The position numbers and the translations under genes were made by a program. A stretch of 60,586 nucleotides of DNA from Clostridia bacterium (lineage in GTDB: Bacteria > Bacillota > Clostridia > UMGS1883). The notes beneath the pieces are model-generated. The model worked only from the letters and a program-made list of their open reading frames with translations. It had not been told where the DNA came from and made no database searches. Location: NCBI GenBank assembly GCA_045545055.1, contig JAZQAB010000105.1, positions 1-60,586 of the forward strand. The letters run 5' to 3'. Shown here in pieces: positions 1-9,804 of the stretch (the stretch's first letter is position 1; each line of letters opens with the position of its first letter).

Positions 1-1
1 G

Positions 2-370
2 GAAGCAAAGAACAACGGTGTTAAAATAATCGCTGTTTCGAGTGCTGCATGGCAGAATGAAATGCCTGAGGACCACTTTATCCGTCACCCAAATAAAACA
101 AATCTTTTTGACTATGCAGATGTATGTATCGAGGACTTTAATCCTGTAGGCGATGCGGTGGTAAATGTTCCCGGTCTTGATACACCTATTGCACCCGTAT
201 CAAATATTATCGATTTTTACATTGCACATTTACTTGAAATTGAATGTGTAAAACAGTGTATCGACAGAGGTATTACACCACCCGTATGGTCAAGTGCTAA
301 TACACCCGGCGGTGATGAGAAAAATGCTGCTTATCTTGAAAAGTATAAGCCGAGAATAAAGATGCTCTAA
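2..370 (+). CDS. SIS-domain (sugar isomerase, UPF0309-like) protein, C-terminal part; 5-prime end outside window
   Basis: Seen: the frame of the listed 62..370 ORF stays open back to base 2 (EAKNNGVKIIAVSSAAWQNE precedes the Met at 62), so the gene enters from upstream. Known (motif recall): the tail NPVGDAVV...ITPPVWSSANTPGGDEKNAAYLEKYKPRI resembles the conserved C-terminus of UPF0309/SIS proteins. Confidence 0.55.
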   Translation, partial: EAKNNGVKIIAVSSAAWQNEMPEDHFIRHPNKTNLFDYADVCIEDFNPVGDAVVNVPGLDTPIAPVSNIIDFYIAHLLEIECVKQCIDRGITPPVWSSANTPGGDEKNAAYLEKYKPRIKML

Positions 371-373
371 TTA

Positions 374-403
374 AAAATCACGGTAGGTTTCTGCCGTGAT
401 TTT
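374..403. terminator. Bidirectional intrinsic terminator between convergent genes
   Basis: Seen: a 10-bp perfect stem pairs AAAATCACGG (374-383) with CCGTGATTTT (394-403), with a 10-nt loop. An A-run lies on one side and a T-run on the other. It sits between the stop at 368-370 (+) and the stop at 405-407 (-). Confidence 0.6.
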
Positions 404-404
404 C

Positions 405-1184
405 TTAGCTTTTATACCTTGTCTGATAGGCTTTTGGTGATTCGCCGTAGCGTTTGTGAAATTGCTTGCTGAAATATTTTATGTCTACAAAACCTGACTG
501 CAAAGCAATTTCACTGATGGGTAAATCACTCGTTTGAAGCAACTTTGAAGCATTTTCAAGTCTTAACAATCTGATATATTTATTAGGAGAAACGAGATAC
601 ACTTTCTTGAAGTTTTTTCTAAATGCTGCTTCAGACATGTATACCATTTTCGCAAGCTCCGTAATAGAAAGACTCTCTTTTTTATAGTTTTGATGGATGT
701 AGTCGCAGGCAGGCTTGATACGTATAAAAATTGAGTTTGTACTTGATGTTTCATCGCTTTTTAGTGAAAGAAGATAAATAAGCTCGTAGAAAATGGCTGT
801 ACATTTGTATTTGTATCCTTGTTCCTTTGAACTCCAGATATCATTGATTTTTAAAAATAAACTTTTGATTTCGTCAATATCTTCAAATCGGTAGACTTCC
901 ATATTGGTTGGGGGAGAATTGTACGTTATGAAATGTATTGAGATAATGGTTTCGTTTTCCGTTGTCTGCATGTAGTGAGAAACGTAGGGGAGATAAAGGA
1001 CATCATTACTGGATACTGCATAGGTTTTGTCTCCAAAAACAAAATCAGCATTGCCCATAAGTCGTATGCTCAGTGATGAGTATTGTCTCTGGTAACTTTC
1101 GTGAATGTTTTTATCTCTTGAAATTTTGTAAACGCCTATTAGTTCAAATGTTAAGTCGTTTTCAAAAAAGAACATTTTATACAC
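405..1184 (-). CDS. AraC/XylS-family transcriptional regulator (cassette 1)
   Basis: Seen: 259-aa ORF, divergent from the + operon at 1338. Known: the C-terminal double helix-turn-helix is typical of AraC (LSITELAKMVYMSEAAFRKNFKKVY...ISEIALQSGFVDIKYFSKQFHKRYGESPKAY). The N-terminal half looks like a sugar-binding cupin. Confidence 0.9.
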   Translation of the reverse strand: MYKMFFFENDLTFELIGVYKISRDKNIHESYQRQYSSLSIRLMGNADFVFGDKTYAVSSNDVLYLPYVSHYMQTTENETIISIHFITYNSPPTNMEVYRFEDIDEIKSLFLKINDIWSSKEQGYKYKCTAIFYELIYLLSLKSDETSSTNSIFIRIKPACDYIHQNYKKESLSITELAKMVYMSEAAFRKNFKKVYLVSPNKYIRLLRLENASKLLQTSDLPISEIALQSGFVDIKYFSKQFHKRYGESPKAYQTRYKS

Positions 1185-1281
1185 CTCTTTAATTAAAAAT
1201 CAATTTATTTTCTATATATTACCATTAATGGGAAATTATGTCAAGTTTCGTTTTGGACACCTTTTGGTTGCGGAATGTTAG

Positions 1282-1310
1282 TTTTCATTTTTGATATGTT
1301 GTGGTAAAAT
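1282..1310 (+). promoter_or_regulatory. Candidate sigma-A promoter with extended -10 for the cassette 1 operon
   Basis: Seen: TGgTAAAAT (1302-1310) is an extended -10. TTTTCA (1282-1287) lies 17 nt upstream as a weak -35. The element is about 28 nt upstream of the ATG at 1338. Pattern match only. Confidence 0.35.
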
Positions 1311-1337
1311 GAGAGCATAGAAAGTGGGGCATTATTT

Positions 1338-2702
1338 ATGAAAATAAATTTATTAAACAATCTTATTCCTTATCCCAGAAAAATTGAAGGTGGAGAAGGT
1401 GATTTCAGCTTAAATGCAAACTTAAAAACAACGGTTTGTGGAAAAGCAAAAAAAAACTACAACTATTGGCTTGGAAAGTTAGGTTTAGCATATGCTGAAA
1501 CTAAAGATTTTAACACAGATTTTTATGCTATAACAATTGGAGATGAAAATAACGAGTTTATTCCTCCTGCTTTTCCTGACAAAGAAGCGTACAGAATTGT
1601 GGTTAGTGCAGATTCAATAACTGTTACAGCGAACAGCGAAGAGGGACTTTCCTTTGCACTTAAAACATTGGTAAAAATTCAAATGCTTGAAAACAAGATT
1701 CCTTACGTTGTTATAGAGGATGCACCTATGGTAGATATGCGTGCAATCCATATGTGTATTTTTGATCCCGAAGATGGAAGCAAGAAAGATGATACATCTT
1801 TTTCATCTGTAAAAGAGAGAATTGAACTCATCTCTCTTATGGGATATAATCACGTATTTATTGAGTTCTGGGGGATGTTCCCTTATGAGAGACATCCCTA
1901 CGCTTGCTGGTCACATTCTACATATACCAAGGATATGGTAGAGGAGCTTATTAGCTTTTGTATTAATGATCTCCACATTACTCCTTGTCCGTGTCAAAAT
2001 TTGACAAGTCATGCAGGATGGAGTAGAATTTCAACACGCAGACATGTTGTGCTTGATCAGAAACCCGAGCTTGCAGATATGTATGTTCCGGGGGGTTGGT
2101 GCTTTGCAACAGAAAATCCCAAGACGAAGCAGTTCTTAAAGGATGTAATTGACGAACTTACAGAAGCATTTCATAATCCGCCTATGTTCCATATGAGCTG
2201 TGATAAAACCTTTGGATTTGGTTCAACTGAGGAGGACAGAACAAAATCTGCTGATGTCCTTTTTGCACAGCATATAGCAAACCTGAATTCATACATTACT
2301 TCCAAGGGTATTCGCCCTGTAATGTGGGCAGACATGCTTTACACATCAATGGATTCACTTACCTTTAGGTGTGCTCCATTTGTGGCAGATGTGCTTCCTA
2401 AAAACATTCTTATGAATATTTGGACACATAACGACCCCGGCGAATATTGGAATGATATTGACTATTTTGAAGATAAGGGTTACGAAACAGTTTATTCACC
2501 CTTTGCAAATTATGACAGCATAAGAAATATGATAAAGCTTTGCATACAGAAGAATAGCAAAGGTATTGTCCAGACTACTTGGTATTTGCCGGAAGGATCA
2601 AAACCGTACTTCACATATTCAATTGCAAAACAGTGGAATTTTGATGCGGAGATTGATGAAAATATGATAAATGACTTTCTCGGAGCTTTTTCTAAGAGGT
2701 GA
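1338..2702 (+). CDS. Cytoplasmic GH20-like (beta-N-acetylhexosaminidase-fold) protein
   Basis: Seen: 454-aa ORF with no signal peptide. Known (recall): the N-terminus LIPYPRKIEGGEGDFSL...ITVTANSEEGLSFALKTLVKI...VVIEDAPMVDMRAIHM follows the GH20 N-domain/TIM-barrel entry pattern. The position where GH20 has H-x-G-G-D-E reads FHMSCDK here, so the family or activity call is uncertain. Confidence 0.5.
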   Translation: MKINLLNNLIPYPRKIEGGEGDFSLNANLKTTVCGKAKKNYNYWLGKLGLAYAETKDFNTDFYAITIGDENNEFIPPAFPDKEAYRIVVSADSITVTANSEEGLSFALKTLVKIQMLENKIPYVVIEDAPMVDMRAIHMCIFDPEDGSKKDDTSFSSVKERIELISLMGYNHVFIEFWGMFPYERHPYACWSHSTYTKDMVEELISFCINDLHITPCPCQNLTSHAGWSRISTRRHVVLDQKPELADMYVPGGWCFATENPKTKQFLKDVIDELTEAFHNPPMFHMSCDKTFGFGSTEEDRTKSADVLFAQHIANLNSYITSKGIRPVMWADMLYTSMDSLTFRCAPFVADVLPKNILMNIWTHNDPGEYWNDIDYFEDKGYETVYSPFANYDSIRNMIKLCIQKNSKGIVQTTWYLPEGSKPYFTYSIAKQWNFDAEIDENMINDFLGAFSKR

Positions 2703-4663
2703 TTTTGTTGAAAACAGTTGTGTGGGGAGGAAGCAAAGAATTCTTATCCTTTCTTGAAACTTCTGCAGGTGCAGAAAATATTGTAAAAAAGGAAACTCTT
2801 CAGGAAACTTTAGAATATTCATTAGAAAATAGTGCTAAAGCGATGTTTCTTCTTCCTGATTATGATAATTCTGAAAGTGTACTTGAAGAGTTTGCAGATA
2901 GCTGCGTCAATAAGATAATTGATGTAATTGCTTCCGGGAAAACGAAGATATACATAGAAAATTATCCATCATTTGATGCAAGAGATTATTATATTTTTGG
3001 TGCGCAGTCTAGAGCATATCCTGCAGCACTTGGAAGAAATTCTATAAAGCTTATCGGTGATTTCAAAGATGGATTGGGTTTTGAACTTCTGCAAAAAAGA
3101 AACGGGGTTTTCTGGCAGAATGCAAAGCATTATGAGCAGGAAATTGATATATTGGCTGAAATAAGAAATTGCCTCGGTGTTCATGATGTGGTTGCGGAAG
3201 ACCAGCAGTGTATGGGAATTGCTCTTTCAAGAACGAAGACTAATGTATATACTGCAATGATTGATTTTACAAATTTTGACGGAAATTTCACTCTTCCTTT
3301 TGAAAATTGGAAGAAATTCTATTCTAAAATTTTTGGCGAAATCCTGGAAGTTGACGAGAAAAAAACAGAAAATGCTTTCGTGAGTGTTTATTCAGGTATC
3401 GGCACAGCAAAGTCGTGTGGCTGCACCAGAAATGATGATGAACTTAAGCAAGATTTGGAAGAATCAGTAAAGAATGCAGTAAACTGGCACCTTAATTCAG
3501 GAATTATGCCGGAGAGTGATGGCAAAAAAGGCGTGTACGAGATGGTGCGTTCTTTTGACCTTAAATTTGCAAAAAACATAAGGGGAGATGCAAGCCTTTT
3601 TACATCAGCACTATTCTTTATGGCAGGAAAATATTTTAAAAACGATGCTTGGAAAAATGTAGCTGAAAATATTCTCAACGAAACTCTTGTTAACCGTGAA
3701 CTTCAGATTACAGAAGGTAAAAACAAGGGGCTTCTGAAATGGTTTTCCGGCGTAAAAGATTTTGGAACACATATAATCTATGCAACCGACACTGCACGCG
3801 GCGGAAACTGTCTGTTTTCAATATATAACGCGACCGGCAGTCAGGAGATTAAAGAAAGACTTTTAATGATGGGTGAAGCCTTTCTTAAATGGTTTTCAGG
3901 AGATGCTCTTATCCCCGTTGGGTGGTTTAACTATGATGAATGGGATTTAGAAACAATATCCCAGTGTAAGAAAACAACTGCTCCGGAATTTTATGAGCCT
4001 ATAATGATTCTTATGAAAAATTTATATAGTATTTCTAGAGATGATCGTTATAGAGAACAAATAATAAAAACGGCGGATAAAATGGCGGAAATTTACCCTG
4101 ATTTCGGGATAGGTCCCTCTCATTCAAAAAATTTTACATTAAGTCGTGTTTTAGGTGTTTTTGCCATTGCACAATCATTTGAAAGCGGTAAATGGACAAA
4201 TATTATTGATGAACTACTTAACTATTTTAAAGGATTGCAGCATTCTTGCGGTGGCTTTGCAGACGGGAAGGCATACTTCGATGAAAAGAGTCTGAAAACA
4301 GATATGGAATTTGCAATAGGTTTCGGGCCTGAACACGGAAACATCTGTGACCTGATGTATTGCCAGAATACCATGCTTTACACATTGAACATTCTCCAAA
4401 AGTGCAAAACGGAAGGATTTGATAAATCCCTCGCAAAAAAAATGCTGGATAAAGCGGTGGATTTCCTTATTAATATACAGATAGTGTCTGAAGATAAAAC
4501 CTTATCAGGAGGGTGGATGCGTGCTTACGATATGGATCTTGGTGAGTATTACGGATGCGATAAGGATTTTGCCTGGGGTGCGTACAGTATACTGACAGGT
4601 TGGGTAACAGGAGCCATCCCCATAGCATTTCTTGATTTATTGGGAATGGAATCTATGTATTGA
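2699..4663 (+). CDS. Uncharacterised cytoplasmic protein (about 650 aa)
   Basis: Seen: a long ORF in operon context with no signal peptide. The GTG at 2699 overlaps the TGA stop (2700-2702) of the upstream gene. In-frame TTG codons at 2705/2708 are better spaced from AAGAGG (2694-2699), so the exact start is uncertain. No family recognised. GGFADGKAYF and GGWMRAYDMD are vaguely like alpha/alpha-barrel glycan enzymes (inference). Confidence 0.75.
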   Translation: MILLKTVVWGGSKEFLSFLETSAGAENIVKKETLQETLEYSLENSAKAMFLLPDYDNSESVLEEFADSCVNKIIDVIASGKTKIYIENYPSFDARDYYIFGAQSRAYPAALGRNSIKLIGDFKDGLGFELLQKRNGVFWQNAKHYEQEIDILAEIRNCLGVHDVVAEDQQCMGIALSRTKTNVYTAMIDFTNFDGNFTLPFENWKKFYSKIFGEILEVDEKKTENAFVSVYSGIGTAKSCGCTRNDDELKQDLEESVKNAVNWHLNSGIMPESDGKKGVYEMVRSFDLKFAKNIRGDASLFTSALFFMAGKYFKNDAWKNVAENILNETLVNRELQITEGKNKGLLKWFSGVKDFGTHIIYATDTARGGNCLFSIYNATGSQEIKERLLMMGEAFLKWFSGDALIPVGWFNYDEWDLETISQCKKTTAPEFYEPIMILMKNLYSISRDDRYREQIIKTADKMAEIYPDFGIGPSHSKNFTLSRVLGVFAIAQSFESGKWTNIIDELLNYFKGLQHSCGGFADGKAYFDEKSLKTDMEFAIGFGPEHGNICDLMYCQNTMLYTLNILQKCKTEGFDKSLAKKMLDKAVDFLINIQIVSEDKTLSGGWMRAYDMDLGEYYGCDKDFAWGAYSILTGWVTGAIPIAFLDLLGMESMY

Positions 4664-4682
4664 TGAAAAAAGGTGGTTTGAT

Positions 4683-5639
4683 ATGCTTATGAAAAACAAA
4701 TCAAAAAATGTAAAAGACTTTAGAAACGGTGGTAAGGTGTTTTCAGACCTTCGGGAAAATTATCAGCTTTATCTTATGATACTGATTCCTTTCGTTTACA
4801 TATTCGTGTTTAAATACATTCCTATGTATGGGACTCAAATAGCATTCAAAGATTACAGAGTAAATGATGGTATCTTGGGAAGTGATTGGGTTGGATTGAA
4901 ACATTTCATCAGATTCTTCACAACTCCCCAATGCTGGCAGATTATTAAAAATACATTCGTGCTTGCTTTATACGGTCAGATTGTCGGTATGCCGCTTCCA
5001 ATATTTCTTGCAATCGGAATCAATTACTGCAGAAGCGGTAAGCTGAAAAAGTCGGTGCAGATGATATCGTATCTTCCGCACTTCCTTTCAACAGTTATTA
5101 TCGTAAGCTTGATTTCAATGATGTTCAGCTATCAGTCAGGACTTGTAAGCAACCTTTCTGAAATCTTCACGGGAAACCGTGTGGATATACTGAATAAACC
5201 TGCAAACTTCAAACATCTTTACATATGGTCTGATGTTTGGCAGAATGCAGGCTGGAGCTCAATTCTCTATGTATCCGCATTGGCAGGTGTAGACCCTGCA
5301 CTTCACGAAGCAGCAATGATAGACGGTGCAAGCAAGTGGAAGAGAATCTATCACATAGATTTACCGTGTATTCTCCCCACAGTAGCAATTATGCTCATCA
5401 TGAGTATGGGTAAGCTTCTGACAATCGGCTTCGATAAAACATTTATGATGCAGAATCCCACAAACATAGATGTATCAGAAGTGCTCAGTACCTTTGAGTA
5501 TAAGAGAGGTATAGCAGCAAGCCTCCCCGATTATTCATATCCTGCGGCAATCGGTCTTACAACCTCCGTAGTTACATTTATTCTCGTAATGATATCCAAC
5601 AAGCTTTCACAGAAGCTTTCTGGATACGGCTTGTGGTAA
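4683..5639 (+). CDS. Carbohydrate ABC transporter permease (LplB/CUT1-like)
   Basis: Seen: the ATG at 4683 is preceded by AAAGGTGG. The track start at 4632 is a TTG without an RBS and overlaps the upstream gene. The protein is multi-pass and hydrophobic. Known: the EAA-loop region (ALHEAAMIDGASKWKRIYHIDLP) is typical of MalF-type sugar permeases. Confidence 0.9.
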   Translation: MLMKNKSKNVKDFRNGGKVFSDLRENYQLYLMILIPFVYIFVFKYIPMYGTQIAFKDYRVNDGILGSDWVGLKHFIRFFTTPQCWQIIKNTFVLALYGQIVGMPLPIFLAIGINYCRSGKLKKSVQMISYLPHFLSTVIIVSLISMMFSYQSGLVSNLSEIFTGNRVDILNKPANFKHLYIWSDVWQNAGWSSILYVSALAGVDPALHEAAMIDGASKWKRIYHIDLPCILPTVAIMLIMSMGKLLTIGFDKTFMMQNPTNIDVSEVLSTFEYKRGIAASLPDYSYPAAIGLTTSVVTFILVMISNKLSQKLSGYGLW

Positions 5640-5649
5640 GGAGGTTAGT

Positions 5650-6543
5650 ATGAAAAAGAATAAATTAAGAAATTCATCAAGTGACAATGTGTTTGACGTG
5701 CTTAACACAACCTTGCTCATTGCATTTTCACTTGTAATCCTCTATCCCTTGATAGTGGTATTAAGTTCATCTTTCAGTAATCCCACTGCACTTATGGCAG
5801 GAAAGGTTCTTCTTTTCCCCATAAAGCCAACTCTTGACGGATACAGAGCGGTAATATATCATCCCGATATCTGGATTGGACTGAAGAATTCGTTTCTTTA
5901 TACTGTAATAGGAACAATAGTAAACCTTGTGGTAACGGTTCTTGCAGCATATCCGCTTTCAAGAAAGGACTTCACCTCAAGAGGGTGGATATCGCTTTTC
6001 TTCGCATTTACTATGTGGTTTAATGGCGGACTTATACCAACATTCCTCCTTATAAAGAATATGGGATTGTATAACACCCCTGCGGTTATGATAATCCCCC
6101 TTGCTATGAGTGTGTGGAATATGATAATTGTCAGAACTTATTTCCAAAGTAATATCTCTGACGACCTTTTGGAAGTTGCCAAGCTTGACGGTTGTAGTGA
6201 CATAAAGTTTTTGACACAGATAGTAATACCGCTGTCTAAGCCTGTACTAGCAGTAGTGGCACTTTACTACGCTGTTGCAAACTGGAACGTGTATGCACAC
6301 GCATACATCTACTTGAACAGTCCGGAGTATCAGCCCATACAGGTAGTGCTACGTGACATCCTGCTTCTCAATTCAACACAGGAAATATCCGTCGATGTAA
6401 CGAAGATGGCAAAGAGCGAGCAATTAAGTGAGCTTTTGAAATATTCCCTTGTTGTAACAGCAAGCATTCCGATGATTTTAATTTATCCCTTTGTACAGAA
6501 GTATTTTGTAAAGGGAATTATGGTAGGTAGTGTAAAAGGATAA
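5650..6543 (+). CDS. Carbohydrate ABC transporter permease (LplC/MalG-like)
   Basis: Seen: AAGGAGG RBS and a 10-nt gap from the previous gene. Known: EAA loop LLEVAKLDGCSDIKFLTQIVIPLSKP. The tail YPFVQKYFVKGIMVGSVKG is shared with the paralogue at 42289. Confidence 0.9.
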   Translation: MKKNKLRNSSSDNVFDVLNTTLLIAFSLVILYPLIVVLSSSFSNPTALMAGKVLLFPIKPTLDGYRAVIYHPDIWIGLKNSFLYTVIGTIVNLVVTVLAAYPLSRKDFTSRGWISLFFAFTMWFNGGLIPTFLLIKNMGLYNTPAVMIIPLAMSVWNMIIVRTYFQSNISDDLLEVAKLDGCSDIKFLTQIVIPLSKPVLAVVALYYAVANWNVYAHAYIYLNSPEYQPIQVVLRDILLLNSTQEISVDVTKMAKSEQLSELLKYSLVVTASIPMILIYPFVQKYFVKGIMVGSVKG

Positions 6544-6569
6544 CAATAAAAAAAGAAAGGAAGAAAGAA

Positions 6570-8219
6570 ATGAAAAAAGGTTTTAAGCATGCACTTGTTC
6601 TTGTATTGGCATTTATAATGGTGCTTACAGTAGCAGGCTGCGGAAAAGGCACAAAGAAAACAGCATTAAACCCAAACGTGTCGGGAACAAACGAATTCCC
6701 GATAGTAAAAGAAAAGACAGAGCTCACAGTATTTGTAGCGAAGCCCTCGATGATTGCAGACCTCGAGACCAATGAATTCACCAAGTGGTATGAGGAAAAA
6801 ACCGGCGTACATATCAATTGGGATATAGCATCAGGTGACACAGCTCAGGCAATCAACCTTAGAATTGCAAGTGGTGATTTGCCTGATGTATTCTGGAATT
6901 GCGGATTCTCGCCGGCACAGGTATTTGCATACGGTGAGCAAGGCCTGTTTCTTGATTTGACAGATTATATTGACAACTATATGTATTATTTCAAGGATAT
7001 TCTCTCCAAACGTGAGGATATCAAAACCAAGATTACAACAAAAGGTGCTATTTACGGACTTCCTACAATTCTTGAGTCGGTTACACAGCCTTGTCTTAAT
7101 AAGATGTGGGTTTATCAGCCATGGCTCGATAAGTTAGGTCTTGAACTTCCTACAACGACAGATGAGTTTTATGAAATGCTGAAAGCATTCAAGGAAAAAG
7201 ACCCCAACGGCAACGGTAAGGCGGATGAAATTCCCCTTGGTGGTCGTGGACTCCGTTCAGATGTAGGTATTGAAGACTATATTATGAATGCTTTCACGTA
7301 TACGGATACTAGAACAAACAGAATCTATGTGGAAGATGGGAAGGTTAAGTGCTCAGCAACAACTGAGGGTTATCGCGAAGGTCTCCGCTTTATAAAGAAG
7401 CTTTATGATGAAGGTCTCCTTCTCCGTGACGTATTCACAATTGACAGAACTCGTCTTACAGCTCTCGGCGAATACGAAGGTGTGCCGATTCTCGGTGCTT
7501 GTGTAGGTCAATGGCCAGGTATGTTCACACTTTCAAGTGGTGAATCCGGAAGAATTACAGAGTATACCTCCGTTTCCCCGTTGGAAGGACCGACAGGTCT
7601 CCGCCAAACCGCGAGAACTGATATAACAAATAGCATGGGAACAGCTTTTATTGTCACAAAGGATTGCGAAAACCCTGAAGTTGCAGTTAAGTGGGTTGAC
7701 TGGATGTACTCTAACGAAGGCAGAATCAAGGCACAGGGAATACAGGGCTACCGTGAAGCTAAAGAAGGCGAAATCGGTCTTAATGGTAAACAGGCGAAAT
7801 ATACATACGACCCCGTTCCAGAAGAAGAACAGAATACAAAGTTTGGTACAGTACAGAACGAAACATGGGGTGCAAACTTCATAATTCAGTATTTTGACCG
7901 TGAAATGCAGGGTAGTCAGAAACTTCTGGACACAGATCTTAACAAGATGCTGTATCATGAATCAATTAACAAGTATTTTGATTACATAGTTGATAAGTCA
8001 TATCCGTCGATTCCGATTGATTCTGAAATGGCTGCCGAATACCAGGATTTAGAAACTACAATTTCAGAAGCGATTGACAAGAATTTTGTTGCATTTGTAA
8101 CCGGTGAAAAGGACATTGAAAAAGATTGGGATAAATATGTTAAGGACCTTGATAAGTACGGACTTCCCAAATTGCTTAAGCTGGCACAGGAACGTTACGA
8201 TATGTATTATAAAAAATAA
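6570..8219 (+). CDS. Extracellular solute-binding lipoprotein of the ABC importer (LplA-like, about 550 aa class)
   Basis: Seen: a signal peptide with lipobox LTVAG-C24. Size and sequence are typical of the large family-1 SBPs paired with LplB/LplC permeases (recall). Confidence 0.9.
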   Translation: MKKGFKHALVLVLAFIMVLTVAGCGKGTKKTALNPNVSGTNEFPIVKEKTELTVFVAKPSMIADLETNEFTKWYEEKTGVHINWDIASGDTAQAINLRIASGDLPDVFWNCGFSPAQVFAYGEQGLFLDLTDYIDNYMYYFKDILSKREDIKTKITTKGAIYGLPTILESVTQPCLNKMWVYQPWLDKLGLELPTTTDEFYEMLKAFKEKDPNGNGKADEIPLGGRGLRSDVGIEDYIMNAFTYTDTRTNRIYVEDGKVKCSATTEGYREGLRFIKKLYDEGLLLRDVFTIDRTRLTALGEYEGVPILGACVGQWPGMFTLSSGESGRITEYTSVSPLEGPTGLRQTARTDITNSMGTAFIVTKDCENPEVAVKWVDWMYSNEGRIKAQGIQGYREAKEGEIGLNGKQAKYTYDPVPEEEQNTKFGTVQNETWGANFIIQYFDREMQGSQKLLDTDLNKMLYHESINKYFDYIVDKSYPSIPIDSEMAAEYQDLETTISEAIDKNFVAFVTGEKDIEKDWDKYVKDLDKYGLPKLLKLAQERYDMYYKK

Positions 8220-8245
8220 TTTTATATAATGAGAGGTGTTGAAAA

Positions 8246-9793
8246 ATGAAAAAATTTATAACAAAAGCGATTTCCCTTATATGTGTATTGGTGATGTTGG
8301 CAGCATTTACTCCATCGGCACTTGCCTACACAGAAGAAACAGTAATTAACTGGGCGGATAAAACTGTTTACAGTAGCGTATCGGGAAGCTGTGCATATGA
8401 CGTGAAAAACAATAAAACAACGATGGATGCACTTTTCGGGGGTGTGACAAGCCCGTTAGCAGGAAGCGGATATAACGTGGAGCTTGCCTATCCCGTTACA
8501 TATGATGCTGAATTTAACACAGTCGATATCGGAACAACTCCCATATCTAAATTCCTTGTTGACCTTGGTGCAGAAAGAAACATCGATTATATTGACTTGT
8601 ATCAGTTCAAGGATCGTATCAAGAAGATAGAGGTATATGAAGTTACAGATGTTTCCAAATTTAATGCGGCAAAAAATACAGCTGCTTCCATAAGTGACAA
8701 CTTTATGAACGGGTCATACATGGTATTGCTTGGAGAAGCAACTTTTGACAACGGCGGAAACGCAGCAACCACATTAAATACACTTGATAATTGTAACGAT
8801 CCCGACAGAATAACATTCAGTGAAACAAAGAATGCCAGATATCTTTTCTTTGCAGTTACCGAAGCGTTAACAGGACAGGGATATGATAAAATCTTACTTC
8901 AGAAAATAACTATTAACCAAAAAGGTTCTTTGGGTATTAAAGCTGTGAAGAACTGGGCAGACAAGAGTATTTATTCTAATGTGACAGGTGTTTTCCCCAC
9001 CGGAACTGCAACCGGAGCTATAGGTAATCTTTCAGAAAATGATGCTCATTCGCTCTTCGGGGTAGGAAATAGCTCCACAAAAAACAGCGGGTACAACATT
9101 ATCTTGAATAATCCTGTTGCACAGACAGGTACTGCAAATACTGCTCGTTCCAAGTTTGAAATTGATCTGGGAGCAGAAAGATCTATAAACTACATTGACC
9201 TTTATCAATACAAAAACCGTATAGCAGAGATAAAAGTATATAAGATGTCAGAACAACAGTATACTCAGGCAAATAACGGTGTTTGCTATCTTAGTGACAA
9301 TTTCGTCAACGGAACAACACTTATAGGAGAAGCAACTTTTGACCACGGAACTAACGCAGAGCTTATTTTGAATTCTGTTGATGAATGCACAACTCCTGAC
9401 AGAATAGAATTTGCAACTCCTGTGGACGCACAGTATCTTCTCTTTGTAGTAACGAAAGTTGTACCATCTTCTAATACGAAGTATCAGCTTCAAAAAATAA
9501 CTGTTAATTCGGTTACAAACACATTGGATGCGAGTGCTCTTGAATACGATGTAGAACTTTTCCAAAACAGTGGAGAAATTAAGAATGTAGGTGTTTTTGC
9601 AGCACAAAAAAATGAAGATATGATGGTTGACTGTGACATTATAAAAACTGATGTAGCAAATCTTTCTCAGGTTAACCTTTTTGCAAATAAAATTAAAATA
9701 GATAGCTCTGCTACAAGTATTGTTTTTATAATACTTGATATGACTACACTTGAACCTTTGTTTAAGGTTCCGTACGCGATTGAAAAGAACTGA
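8246..9793 (+). CDS. Secreted protein with two tandem discoidin (F5/8 type C, CBM32-like) modules
   Basis: Seen: signal peptide MKKFITKAISLICVLVMLAAFTPSALA. There are two internal repeats, each starting NWADK(T/S)(V/I)YS and containing DLGAER.I.YIDLYQ(F/Y)K.RI..I(E/K)VY. Known (recall): this DLG...i.l...y.v pattern fits discoidin-type carbohydrate-binding modules. No catalytic motif seen. Confidence 0.65.
   Translation: MKKFITKAISLICVLVMLAAFTPSALAYTEETVINWADKTVYSSVSGSCAYDVKNNKTTMDALFGGVTSPLAGSGYNVELAYPVTYDAEFNTVDIGTTPISKFLVDLGAERNIDYIDLYQFKDRIKKIEVYEVTDVSKFNAAKNTAASISDNFMNGSYMVLLGEATFDNGGNAATTLNTLDNCNDPDRITFSETKNARYLFFAVTEALTGQGYDKILLQKITINQKGSLGIKAVKNWADKSIYSNVTGVFPTGTATGAIGNLSENDAHSLFGVGNSSTKNSGYNIILNNPVAQTGTANTARSKFEIDLGAERSINYIDLYQYKNRIAEIKVYKMSEQQYTQANNGVCYLSDNFVNGTTLIGEATFDHGTNAELILNSVDECTTPDRIEFATPVDAQYLLFVVTKVVPSSNTKYQLQKITVNSVTNTLDASALEYDVELFQNSGEIKNVGVFAAQKNEDMMVDCDIIKTDVANLSQVNLFANKIKIDSSATSIVFIILDMTTLEPLFKVPYAIEKN
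8345..8484 (+). repeat. Copy A of a 140-nt near-identical direct repeat (partner 9886-10025)
   Basis: Seen: 139/140 nt are identical to 9886-10025. The single difference is a at 8447 versus g at 9988. The repeat starts at a codon boundary (codon 34). Confidence 0.95.
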
Positions 9794-9804
9794 AAGGGAT
9801 TTTT

